This document shows, piece by piece, positions 10,779 to 19,361 of a DNA stretch of 64,000 nt. The stretch lies in the NCBI RefSeq assembly GCF_965237845.1, contig NZ_OZ250154.1, positions 259,121 through 323,120 on the forward strand. Direction: 5' to 3'. A program made the position numbers and the translations under genes. The notes below the pieces were generated by a model that saw nothing but the letters and a program-made list of their open reading frames with translations, made no database searches and was not told where the DNA came from. Positions within the stretch are counted from its first letter, which is position 1; each line of letters starts with the position of its first letter. Origin of the DNA: Candidatus Spongiihabitans sp. (GTDB taxonomy: Bacteria > Pseudomonadota > Gammaproteobacteria > Arenicellales > Poriferihabitantaceae).

Positions 10779-10943
10779 ATGAGAAGCGCCCTAATCTTGG
10801 TGATGGCGAGTTTTATGTTGTTGTCTGCTTGCGGGCAGAAAGGCCCGTTGTATTTGACCGAAGACCAAATTAGTGCAGAGCAGACTGAGCAAAAACAACA
10901 ACAAAAACAACAGAAACAACAAGGAGAAAAGACGACGGATTAG
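10779..10943 (+). CDS. lptM: Small lipoprotein LptM/YifL-like
   Basis: This 54-codon ORF is absent from the track. It has the lipobox LLSAC followed by GQKGPLYL, the signature of the small lipoprotein usually found just upstream of lysA/dapF. The Gln/Lys-rich tail is encoded by low-complexity caa/aaa sequence. Confidence 0.6.
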   Translation: MRSALILVMASFMLLSACGQKGPLYLTEDQISAEQTEQKQQQKQQKQQGEKTTD

Positions 10944-11040
10944 ATTATCGTTTTTAAGCATTAGATTCATTTTTCGGACGGCTGCGTAACCTCGCCACCT
11001 CAGTTTTCTAACCCAGTTTTCTAAACCATTCCAACCTCAA

Positions 11041-12294
11041 ATGGATTATTTCGAGTATAAAAACAGGCGGTTATTTGCCGAGCAAGTCGCCCTTGGCGAT
11101 ATTGCAGAACAAGTCGGCACGCCTTGTTTCGTATACTCCCGCGCAACCCTGGAAAGACATTGGAATGCATTCAACAATGCATTCGGCGACTATCCCCATC
11201 AAATTTGTTATGCGGTAAAAGCAAACGGCAATCTTGCTATCCTGAACTTACTCGCCAGATTAGGCTCTGGTTTTGATATTGTCTCTGCGGGGGAACTTAT
11301 GCGTGTTATGGAATCTGGCGGGGATCCAGCGAAGACAATTTTTTCTGGTGTGTGTAAACAGAGTTGGGAGATTCGCAATGCGCTGGAAGCAGGGATTCAT
11401 TGTTTTAACATCGAATCCGAAGGCGAGTTGCAACGCATCAGTGCGATTGCCGGGGAATCAGGCGTGCAGCCGCGGATATCGATACGGATAAATCCGGACG
11501 TGGATGCAAAAACCCACCCGTATATATCCACCGGTCTGCGGGAAAACAAATTCGGCTTGTCTCCCGCCCAAGCGCTGGAAATCTATACACAAGCATCTAA
11601 AGACAAAAATATTCAAATCCACGGCGTTGCCTGCCACATTGGCTCTCAGTTGACGGATTTATCGCCTTTCAAAGCCGCGTTGAACCGCACCTTGTATTTT
11701 GTTGGCCAACTTGAGCGCATTGGGATTGCAATCAGCCATCTTGATTTCGGTGGTGGATTGGGGGTGAGATACCGTGATGAACAGCCTCCCAGCCCCGATG
11801 AATACGGGCAAATGCTGCTTGACCAACTTAAACCCCGAGCCCGGCAAATTCCGGTTGTCATCGAACCCGGGCGGGCGATTATCGCCAATGCAGGAATTTT
11901 GCTAACCAGGGTGCATTATATCAAGAAAAGCGATGCCTCAAATTTTTGTATCGTTGACGCAGGAATGAACGATTTAATTCGGCCCGCGTTATATCAGGCG
12001 TATCAGGAAATAGTTGAAGTGGATAAAACCGGCAAAGTCGATCCCGATGTCTATGATGTCGTCGGGCCAGTTTGCGAAAGCAGCGATTTTCTGGGCACGC
12101 AACGACGATTAAGTGTTGCTGAGGACGATTTACTTGCGGTCAGAACCACGGGTGCTTATGCTGCGGTGATGAGTTCAAATTACAATGCCCGTCCGCGACC
12201 CGCTGAAGTCATGGTTGATGGCGATAAATTTCATGTTATTAAACCACGCGAAACTGTGGAATCACTCTATCAGGGAGAACAAATTCTGCCTTAG
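11041..12294 (+). CDS. lysA: Diaminopimelate decarboxylase
   Basis: 417 aa with the PLP lysine motif YAVKAN, plus EPGRAI and CESSD motifs. Confidence 0.95.
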   Translation: MDYFEYKNRRLFAEQVALGDIAEQVGTPCFVYSRATLERHWNAFNNAFGDYPHQICYAVKANGNLAILNLLARLGSGFDIVSAGELMRVMESGGDPAKTIFSGVCKQSWEIRNALEAGIHCFNIESEGELQRISAIAGESGVQPRISIRINPDVDAKTHPYISTGLRENKFGLSPAQALEIYTQASKDKNIQIHGVACHIGSQLTDLSPFKAALNRTLYFVGQLERIGIAISHLDFGGGLGVRYRDEQPPSPDEYGQMLLDQLKPRARQIPVVIEPGRAIIANAGILLTRVHYIKKSDASNFCIVDAGMNDLIRPALYQAYQEIVEVDKTGKVDPDVYDVVGPVCESSDFLGTQRRLSVAEDDLLAVRTTGAYAAVMSSNYNARPRPAEVMVDGDKFHVIKPRETVESLYQGEQILP

Positions 12295-12306
12295 CGTTGC
12301 GCTCGA

Positions 12307-13242
12307 TTACTGATTGGTGATGCCGCTGGGGACATGCCCGGTTGGGACGTGTTGGCGCGCAGATTCGCAATGACCGCGTTGATCGTCGAAGAAAATATCG
12401 GCATCGAAGGTGCGTAAAAACTCGCCTTTATCCATGCCGCCCAGAAAAAAGCTTTCATCAATCCTGATATTCCAGGCGCGCAGGGTTTTAATGACTCGTT
12501 CATGGGCGGGTGCGCCGCGGGCGGTAATCAAGGCCGTGCGAATAGGCGATTGCGGGTGGTTTTGTTGAATCCGGTGCAGCGCAGCCAATACATTCTTAAA
12601 CGGTCCTCCGAGCAAGGGCTGGTTGGCCGCTTGTTTTTCGGTTTCGCTGAATGCCGCAAGCCCTTGATTTTGAAACACCTGTTCTGCTTCATCCGAAAAC
12701 AAAACCGCATCGCCGTCAAACGCAATTTTCAGTTTGCCGGAATCCCGGTTATCCATCTGCGACGGCAAAATGGTGGCGGCGGCGCAGCCGGCGTCCAGAG
12801 CTTGACTGACGTCTGTCGGGTCAGCAGATAAAAATAAATCCGCATCAAATGGTTTGACGTACCGATACGGCGACCGCCCGCCGGTAAATACCGCGCGGGT
12901 GATATTCAGACCGTAGTGCTCAATGGAATTAAATACCCGCAAGCCGGTGTCGGCGCTGTTTCTGGAAATCAACACGATCTCGACATGCTGTCCGGCACGG
13001 TTATTTTCCAGCGCATTATGATTGTTGGCATCGTCGGTATCCGGTGTATCGTTCAGCGCCAAAAACTTTTTCACCATAGGGAAAGCCACGCCGGGATTCA
13101 GGGTTTCATTTTCGTGATCGATTTGATATTGGCAATAGGCATCGACACCCTGCCCGGTATAGACCGCATGACTTTCGGCCATATCGAACAGGGCGCGCGA
13201 TGAGATGGCGATTACCAGAGAATTTTCAAACGATTGCGCCAT
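12307..13242 (-). CDS. 5'-nucleotidase-like HAD-type hydrolase
   Basis: 311 aa. It resembles the bacterial cN-IA-like 5'-nucleotidase family as I remember it (IAISSRALFDM... and KIAFDGDAVLFSDE). Confidence 0.55.
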   Translation of the reverse strand: MAQSFENSLVIAISSRALFDMAESHAVYTGQGVDAYCQYQIDHENETLNPGVAFPMVKKFLALNDTPDTDDANNHNALENNRAGQHVEIVLISRNSADTGLRVFNSIEHYGLNITRAVFTGGRSPYRYVKPFDADLFLSADPTDVSQALDAGCAAATILPSQMDNRDSGKLKIAFDGDAVLFSDEAEQVFQNQGLAAFSETEKQAANQPLLGGPFKNVLAALHRIQQNHPQSPIRTALITARGAPAHERVIKTLRAWNIRIDESFFLGGMDKGEFLRTFDADIFFDDQRGHCESARQHVPTGHVPSGITNQ

Positions 13243-13257
13243 GTTCAGACCTGATGT

Positions 13258-14109
13258 TCAGAATCGACGTAGCGCATCAATGACCGACCGACTGTGCGGG
13301 CGTTTCTGGTGCCACACATAAAACGATTCAGCCGCTTGTTCGACCAGCATCCCCAATCCATCGTGCACCTGGGCGGCGCCATGTGCCAGCGCCCAATTCA
13401 TAAATATCGTAGGTTGTGCGCCATACATCATGTCATAGACCAGCGTGTTTTCAGAAACACACTTTTCGCTGAGCCCCGGTAGCTGCCCCTCCAGGCTGGT
13501 TGCGGTGCCATTTACAATTAAATCAAAAGACCTGTCAACCGCTTGATCGAGTCCCACCCCGTGCACCTCATTGCCGAACCTTTCACTCAATGCGGTTGCT
13601 TTATTAACCGTGCGGTTGGCGATGGTTATGCCTTTCGGCTGGCACGCCAATAGCGACCCAATCACCCCGCGCGCCGCGCCACCGGCGCCGACCACCAGAA
13701 CCGATTTATCCTGAATGGAAAAACCAATGTTGTTTTGCAGATCGGCCACCAATCCTGCGCCGTCGGTATTGTCGCCAAATACGCCACCCTGTTTTTCAAA
13801 TCGAAGTGTATTTACAGCCTGCGCCTGGCTTGCCCTGTGGCTAAGGGTATTTTGCCCTTGTTGACAAAACTGCCAAGCCTCAACTTTGTAAGGTACAGTA
13901 ATATTCAACCCGGCCCCGCCGCAAGCTGAAAAATGGCTAACCGCTTGATAAAAACCACCCACATCTACCTGAATCCGGTCATAGTCTATCGCAATACCGC
14001 ATTGTTGCGCAAATAAACTATGGATCTGCGGCGACTTGCTGTGTTGCACTGGATTGCCCATCACGGCGAAACTGGACGACTTTAATTTGAAGTCAAATAA
14101 ATCGGTCAT
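13258..14109 (-). CDS. aroE: Shikimate dehydrogenase
   Basis: 283 aa. Motifs: NPVQHSKSP, NTDG and the NADP-binding VVGAGGAARGV. Confidence 0.9.
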   Translation of the reverse strand: MTDLFDFKLKSSSFAVMGNPVQHSKSPQIHSLFAQQCGIAIDYDRIQVDVGGFYQAVSHFSACGGAGLNITVPYKVEAWQFCQQGQNTLSHRASQAQAVNTLRFEKQGGVFGDNTDGAGLVADLQNNIGFSIQDKSVLVVGAGGAARGVIGSLLACQPKGITIANRTVNKATALSERFGNEVHGVGLDQAVDRSFDLIVNGTATSLEGQLPGLSEKCVSENTLVYDMMYGAQPTIFMNWALAHGAAQVHDGLGMLVEQAAESFYVWHQKRPHSRSVIDALRRF

Positions 14110-14187
14110 GATAATCGGGCATGATAAAGAATGTTGCTAAAGGAAGTTTCCAATAATATTTTCTGGATATTTTCCGGCTCAACCCTA

Positions 14188-14802
14188 TCACACTTCCTCA
14201 AACAGGATAAAAACCGGGCCGTCGCAGTCAATGCAAATGGTGCCAGCACCCACATTACTCAAGCCCAAAGAGCTCAAAGGCATAAATTTGGTGGTTTGCG
14301 GACAAGGATAGCGGCAATCGCCGGTTATGCCGACCCGTGTTTGTTCGACTACCGAAACGCTAAAGCCGCCGATGCGCTCGAACCGCCATTGCCCGGAGGA
14401 ATAGCCAACAATATCATTGTCAAATTTAATCGTCGTCGGAGATTTTCTGGCGCGCAAGAAATGATGCGATTCGCCGATATTGAATAATTCATGATCGCGT
14501 CGTCCACCGAGAAATCCGATTAAATTCACTTCGCCGAAATGTTCAGGAATATGGCCAAGGGCAAAAGCCAGGTCAGAAAAATCCTTGCTTGGATTCAGCG
14601 GAACATCGATCATGCCTTCAAAAGAATCACCATCCCCTACCGAAATGCCTTCTCCCGATTTTCGCAAGCGCGCGCCGCGGTCCACGAAGATTACAGGTTC
14701 TTCAATACCCTGAACATTGTCATGGACATTTTCATAAAAAGGCCCCACCAACGTAATGTGCAGGCTGTTTTTGAAGTTGCTTAGATATTTTTCGATGGTC
14801 AT
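14188..14802 (-). CDS. Thiamine pyrophosphokinase-like protein
   Basis: 204 aa. GDGDSF, SKDFSDL and GGRRDHEL match the TPK catalytic pattern GDxDS...KDxTD...GGRxDH. Confidence 0.5.
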   Translation of the reverse strand: MTIEKYLSNFKNSLHITLVGPFYENVHDNVQGIEEPVIFVDRGARLRKSGEGISVGDGDSFEGMIDVPLNPSKDFSDLAFALGHIPEHFGEVNLIGFLGGRRDHELFNIGESHHFLRARKSPTTIKFDNDIVGYSSGQWRFERIGGFSVSVVEQTRVGITGDCRYPCPQTTKFMPLSSLGLSNVGAGTICIDCDGPVFILFEEV

Positions 14803-14863
14803 TGAAGCGGTGAAAATTTAGAACGACAGGGCCGTATTCGGTTAAGCGCTCGGTTAAGCAATA

Positions 14864-15811
14864 CTATAGACATCGGGCAGGTAAATTAAAAGGGCATGCA
14901 AAAGCCGGCAGCACAAAGAGAGCGCTGGGCCGACAAGCGGAGCGCCTGATGATCGTTGAAAACAATAGTGATAAGTCATCGGGCCGATAACCACTCCAAC
15001 GGGCCACCAATCTCTGCCTGAAATAACAGATCATTCTGCCATCGGCGCCGCTGGTTGCCGATTTACCCCATGATTTACCCCAAGGCGCAACACCGTGCAT
15101 AGCTAAACGGTGGACAACAAACGCTTGGCCGGGTTTTACCGCGATCTCCACTCGTTTACAGGTGGCGAATACATTTTTACGGGTGCGTTGATAAATCTCG
15201 GTAACATCTTCGTCGCCCCACTTGTCCGGCGCCAGGCCCTTAAAGCGTGTGCCGAATGCCGTGCGGACAATTTCATGAGATTTCTCCCAGACAACAAACG
15301 GCGAAGCATCCGCGCTGAAATCAACCAGCGGAATGCCCAGAATAAAACCATGATGCTCGCGCAGATGGCGGCGCCGAGCGGTGCCTTCAGCGCGCAAGCC
15401 ATCGACATGGGCGGCATCGCAGTCACGGCGATACCGAAAGGCGGCGCTGGATTCCGATTCCATCGGCTGAGGATAACCCGGGTAGCATACCGAGATCTGC
15501 CCGCGGTCCAGATCGAAATTTGACAGCCCCAGGCAATGTCGAATAAATTCCACCGCAGCGCCTTGCAGTGGTGCGCAGTCGCCTAGCGCGCCAGAAGCCG
15601 AGTTTGGCAGTACGTTCACGCCAGCGAACCAGGTACCGCCACAACGCAACCATTGTGCGTTTTCCTGTTTGCTAACCGCTTCACGCGCTTCAGGCAACGC
15701 GCATTTAACCCATTCGGCGAGCGCGCCGTCGTATTTGAATTTGCGCCAGCCTTGTTTAAAAAATGATTCAGCGTTCATAACGACAACCCCGCGCAAACCC
15801 TGGACGGTCAT
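14864..15811 (-). CDS. Hypothetical protein, possible 2-His-1-carboxylate (cupin/2OG-oxygenase-like) enzyme
   Basis: AAHVDG and a later HRLAMHG could form an HxD...H triad. The likely real start is ATG 15775 (MNAESFF). The last ~50 residues look like low-quality read-through. Confidence 0.4.
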   Translation of the reverse strand: MTVQGLRGVVVMNAESFFKQGWRKFKYDGALAEWVKCALPEAREAVSKQENAQWLRCGGTWFAGVNVLPNSASGALGDCAPLQGAAVEFIRHCLGLSNFDLDRGQISVCYPGYPQPMESESSAAFRYRRDCDAAHVDGLRAEGTARRRHLREHHGFILGIPLVDFSADASPFVVWEKSHEIVRTAFGTRFKGLAPDKWGDEDVTEIYQRTRKNVFATCKRVEIAVKPGQAFVVHRLAMHGVAPWGKSWGKSATSGADGRMICYFRQRLVARWSGYRPDDLSLLFSTIIRRSACRPSALFVLPAFACPFNLPARCL

Positions 15812-15856
15812 TTCAACTGAGTGGATTGAGAGTTGATAATGGGGTCTGTTGAAAAT

Positions 15857-18814
15857 CTATGCGACGCGGAAAATATCTCCAGGTTGTTCGGTCCAATAGC
15901 GACGGTATTGCCCGGAAGCTTTTTGGGGGTCGTTGAACATGAAAAGCTTCACCTGGACCCCAGCCTTGCCGTGGCGGAAAAAACGGGGTTTTTCATCCTC
16001 TTCAAACAGCTCTTTGTAACCGTCTATTCTGCGCTCGGCGGCAGTGTATTCGGTTCCCTTCGGATCCACAAACACGATACGGTATTCATTTCCCTTACAC
16101 ATCCAGAAAACAAAATCAGGCAGAAAACGGCGGTAATCGTTGTTACCTCTATCATAGTAAGGAATGTGAACATCGTCCAAGGACTCGTCTATTTTGCTGA
16201 ACATCCAAGCATCCCACGGTACCTTGTTTCTCTCCACCCATTTTTCCAGTGCATTAAGAAAACTGACCTCGCTATTGACTTTGATTATATGCTGTATGTA
16301 ATCGGTTGTCTCGTTCCCCAGAAGCACGGGAAAGTAATAGTGTTGAGCAACCCTTTTGATCGTCAGCTCCCTGAAAGTCTCTTCATTTTTTCCTGAAGAC
16401 TTCTTAGTAAACTCTTCCCGCGTTATCTCACCCAGTCCAAGTTGCTGACCTAATTTGCTTATCTCTCCATCGGACACCTCACCTTGCCTGACCCGGTTAA
16501 GTCTTTCTTTAAGATCGTTGACGTATTCAGAATGGACACGAATATGACGGAAGTGAACAATATCTTTTTTGCCAAGCGCCCGAACGCCATCAGACACCTT
16601 TGCCGTTTTAGAAAGGTGGGATATAAGACGGTGTTGCAAAAAAGGAATCATCGCATAGTTCTTTTCCGGGGTGAGTTGTATTTTCTCCGTATTTTTTACC
16701 ATGCTGCGCAATGCAGCAATCTGGGATGTTTTAAGCCCATCTCGAACTGCAAACACTGCATCGGATGTTGTTTCCATATAACTTTTGAGTCTGTTCAGGG
16801 TTTTCTCGCTCATGGCGAATTTTCCTTGTGCGGCTGCGCCATCTTTCGCTTCTTTGTATTCGGGAACCAGCAACGGCATATTTTTATTGCCGATTTTCGG
16901 TATTGGCGCCCTTTCAAAACCTTCCAGGATTTCAAAGTCTCCACTTTCTCCATATTCCGCCGCCAACCCTTCCAGCACCGCCTTGACGGCACTTCGGTTG
17001 GTCGCAAAAAGAAACAAGGTTTCCAGCGGCTGTACCTGGTCGTGATAAGGCTGAATGGCCTTTTTCTCATTACTCTCAGGCAAACGGGCAAACCGGCGGC
17101 GTTGATTGGGCAACGGCTCTATCCGTACGCCTCGCCCGACCGACTGCACCACAAACTTCTTGGCGTCTTTCCCGCCGATGTTGATGAAGTTGATCACGTT
17201 GGGGCGGTTGGAATCCCAACTTTCAAAGAATGATCGCGAGCCCATCAGGATGGTTATTCGGCTTTTCTCCAAGCCCTCAAAAAACGATTTCCCTTGCAAT
17301 GCGGTTGTTTCTTCAAATCCATCGAGCAATATATTGCGCCATTTGGATGTATCGCCGATGCGTATCAAGGCAAAAGGCGAGTCGGCGTTTTTTAATTGAA
17401 ACGCCAGTTCCTTGTTATCTTCGCTGCGGATGAATTGCAATGCTCCCTTTGCGCGGCTCAGAAAAACCGCTTCGCGCAAATCGGTTATTTTCATTTTGCC
17501 GATGACATCTTCATCGGTTCCAATAATTCCAGCGCCATTCCCGCCGAAAAGAAGCCTTGCGTTTCTCCAATTATCCATCAATTCGGTTTTCGCCTCTTTG
17601 AAAAGCGATTGGTCAATCTCTCCAGTGGCAATTTCGCGCAAGGTTTGAAAAAACGCCCACAAATCATTCTGGTCGTTTTCAATGTCGGTATTGACGGAAT
17701 TAACCAAGGTCAGCATCAGCGGCAGATGGTAAAGGTTTTCCAACCCCGTGCCGATGCGAAGCGCCTTGACCCGCATAGATACATAAGCCAGCGTGATAAG
17801 CGACTTCAGGACAATTTTTCGTCTTTCCGCGTGGCTGATTTCCTCTTTCCTGTTTTTGAATGCGTTGTACTCGGTTTCATTCAAGTAAATGTTTTTGCCA
17901 TGTCCGTTTTTTACAAACTCTTCCAAATTGTATTTTTTAACGGTCGTTATGATGTCCTCTTTATCGGTAAAAGTTGCGGAGAAGTTAAACAGAAAACCCT
18001 CGCGCGCCATAATCGCGTAATACGCCTGCCGTTTGGAATCCTCCTTGCTGCCCTTGTGTGCCTCATCCAGCAGGATGAACCATTTGCCTCCGTTTTCATA
18101 TGTGCGATAATCAATCAACGCCTCTTTCTGAACATCGGAAATGTTGTCGCTGCGGTGGTAATAAACCACTATCGAATCGCCGACCCTGTGCTGATACGAC
18201 CCCCTGCCCGCTTGACGCAAAGGAACCAAATCTATTTGCAATCCGCTACTTCGGTTGAATTCGTCAATGGTGCGGCGTATCTGCCCAATCAAGCCACCGC
18301 TGCTCGGAGCGAGGATAAGAATGTTATGCGGTGGAATTTCGCCATGTTGCTGCAAATGACGCAAGTATTCAATCAATTTAACCATCACCAACGTCTTGCC
18401 GCTTCCGGTGGCCATCCAAAAGCACATTCGGTTTATCAGGTTGGCATATGGGATTAAATCGCCCAATGGGCGCATGAACTCCGACAATAGGCGAAATACT
18501 TGGCTTTCCCTCTTGTTCTTTTCATCGGCACGGGTTTCGTATTTTTTAAGATACGCAGACAAGCTGGAATCTCTGTATAAATCCATGAAAAACCTTTTGC
18601 GTTCATTGCTTGTCTCCTGGGTTTCACCGGAAAACCAATCATGATCTTTCCCATAATAAAGATAAAACGCGCGCGCGGCTTTTTCCAAAGCGTCTGTTTG
18701 GTAGCCGTATAGGGTTTTTTCGGAAGAAAACCGGTGAATATCAGGCACGCGCCAAGTTTCGGGGAGGTCTCCGTAGTTCAGGGATTCGCTGATAAGTTCA
18801 AGATGTGTTTGCAT
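15857..18814 (-). CDS. res: Type III restriction enzyme Res-like subunit (SF2 DEAH helicase with C-terminal PD-DxK nuclease)
   Basis: 985 aa. Helicase motifs: I ATGSGKT, Ia ILILAPS, II LLDEAHKG, III NFSAT, VI QSVGRGVR. The C-terminal nuclease motif is LPDFVFW...IVFVDPKG. It is the last gene of the mod operon and its start overlaps the previous ORF by 17 nt. Confidence 0.8.
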   Translation of the reverse strand: MQTHLELISESLNYGDLPETWRVPDIHRFSSEKTLYGYQTDALEKAARAFYLYYGKDHDWFSGETQETSNERKRFFMDLYRDSSLSAYLKKYETRADEKNKRESQVFRLLSEFMRPLGDLIPYANLINRMCFWMATGSGKTLVMVKLIEYLRHLQQHGEIPPHNILILAPSSGGLIGQIRRTIDEFNRSSGLQIDLVPLRQAGRGSYQHRVGDSIVVYYHRSDNISDVQKEALIDYRTYENGGKWFILLDEAHKGSKEDSKRQAYYAIMAREGFLFNFSATFTDKEDIITTVKKYNLEEFVKNGHGKNIYLNETEYNAFKNRKEEISHAERRKIVLKSLITLAYVSMRVKALRIGTGLENLYHLPLMLTLVNSVNTDIENDQNDLWAFFQTLREIATGEIDQSLFKEAKTELMDNWRNARLLFGGNGAGIIGTDEDVIGKMKITDLREAVFLSRAKGALQFIRSEDNKELAFQLKNADSPFALIRIGDTSKWRNILLDGFEETTALQGKSFFEGLEKSRITILMGSRSFFESWDSNRPNVINFINIGGKDAKKFVVQSVGRGVRIEPLPNQRRRFARLPESNEKKAIQPYHDQVQPLETLFLFATNRSAVKAVLEGLAAEYGESGDFEILEGFERAPIPKIGNKNMPLLVPEYKEAKDGAAAQGKFAMSEKTLNRLKSYMETTSDAVFAVRDGLKTSQIAALRSMVKNTEKIQLTPEKNYAMIPFLQHRLISHLSKTAKVSDGVRALGKKDIVHFRHIRVHSEYVNDLKERLNRVRQGEVSDGEISKLGQQLGLGEITREEFTKKSSGKNEETFRELTIKRVAQHYYFPVLLGNETTDYIQHIIKVNSEVSFLNALEKWVERNKVPWDAWMFSKIDESLDDVHIPYYDRGNNDYRRFLPDFVFWMCKGNEYRIVFVDPKGTEYTAAERRIDGYKELFEEDEKPRFFRHGKAGVQVKLFMFNDPQKASGQYRRYWTEQPGDIFRVA

Positions 18815-19361
18815 TTGCTGACAGTTTTTTAGCCAAAATCTCGGATGGTATTATTTCAACATCGCCTACCACTTTCTTTGTTAATACTCCGCGCAAATCA
18901 TCAAGCAGGTAGCTAGCCAAATATTCAACAACCCCTCTTGTTTCCTCTGCGTCTACACCATCTATAACAAGCCAAAAATCATGCTTTTTATCTTTCATGC
19001 GTTTTGCAGCATCCTTGCATTTTGCAGCTAAACGACACAGAACAAGCAAACTTCCATATACTTTCACGTAATTTTCTTGTCTAACATTTTTAACAACACA
19101 ATCCTTCTTGTCATCATCATTAAGATATGAATATTGTTCTTCAATGGCTTTAATAGTATCCGCCAAACGAGTTTCTTCGACAACAAAAATTTTGTTATCA
19201 TTAATAAAAAAATAATCGCAACAGTTGCAGCTTCCCAAACCCACATCTGCCCTCATATCGGGCATCTCTACCGATTTTGTTGTGTTATCCATACGAAAAA
19301 CATCAACTTCTTTCCCGTTCGAGTCTGGTCTTACTTCCCGAAATTGACCAAGAAATGTCAT
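18798..19361 (-). CDS. 187-aa orphan protein, unknown family (possible degenerate PD-(D/E)xK fold)
   Basis: AAGGGG lies 5 nt upstream of its ATG, which has an ATGA overlap with the ATPase stop. The ORF is very AT-rich. The only motif-like feature is CDYFFINDNKIFVVEETR (D...ExR). It has no HNH or Toprim signatures. Confidence 0.6.
   Translation of the reverse strand: MTFLGQFREVRPDSNGKEVDVFRMDNTTKSVEMPDMRADVGLGSCNCCDYFFINDNKIFVVEETRLADTIKAIEEQYSYLNDDDKKDCVVKNVRQENYVKVYGSLLVLCRLAAKCKDAAKRMKDKKHDFWLVIDGVDAEETRGVVEYLASYLLDDLRGVLTKKVVGDVEIIPSEILAKKLSANANTS

Noticed and set aside
17396-18457. 353-aa plus-strand ORF, and other long antisense ORFs (16484..17233, 22499..23176, 57002..58222, 56102..56392, 3126..3812, 4356..4925, 5098..5523, 42295..42955)
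   Set aside because: All lie entirely inside well-supported genes on the opposite strand or in another frame. Their translations are low-complexity (Arg/Gly/Val- or Phe/Leu-rich) and they lack start-site signals. They are shadow ORFs.
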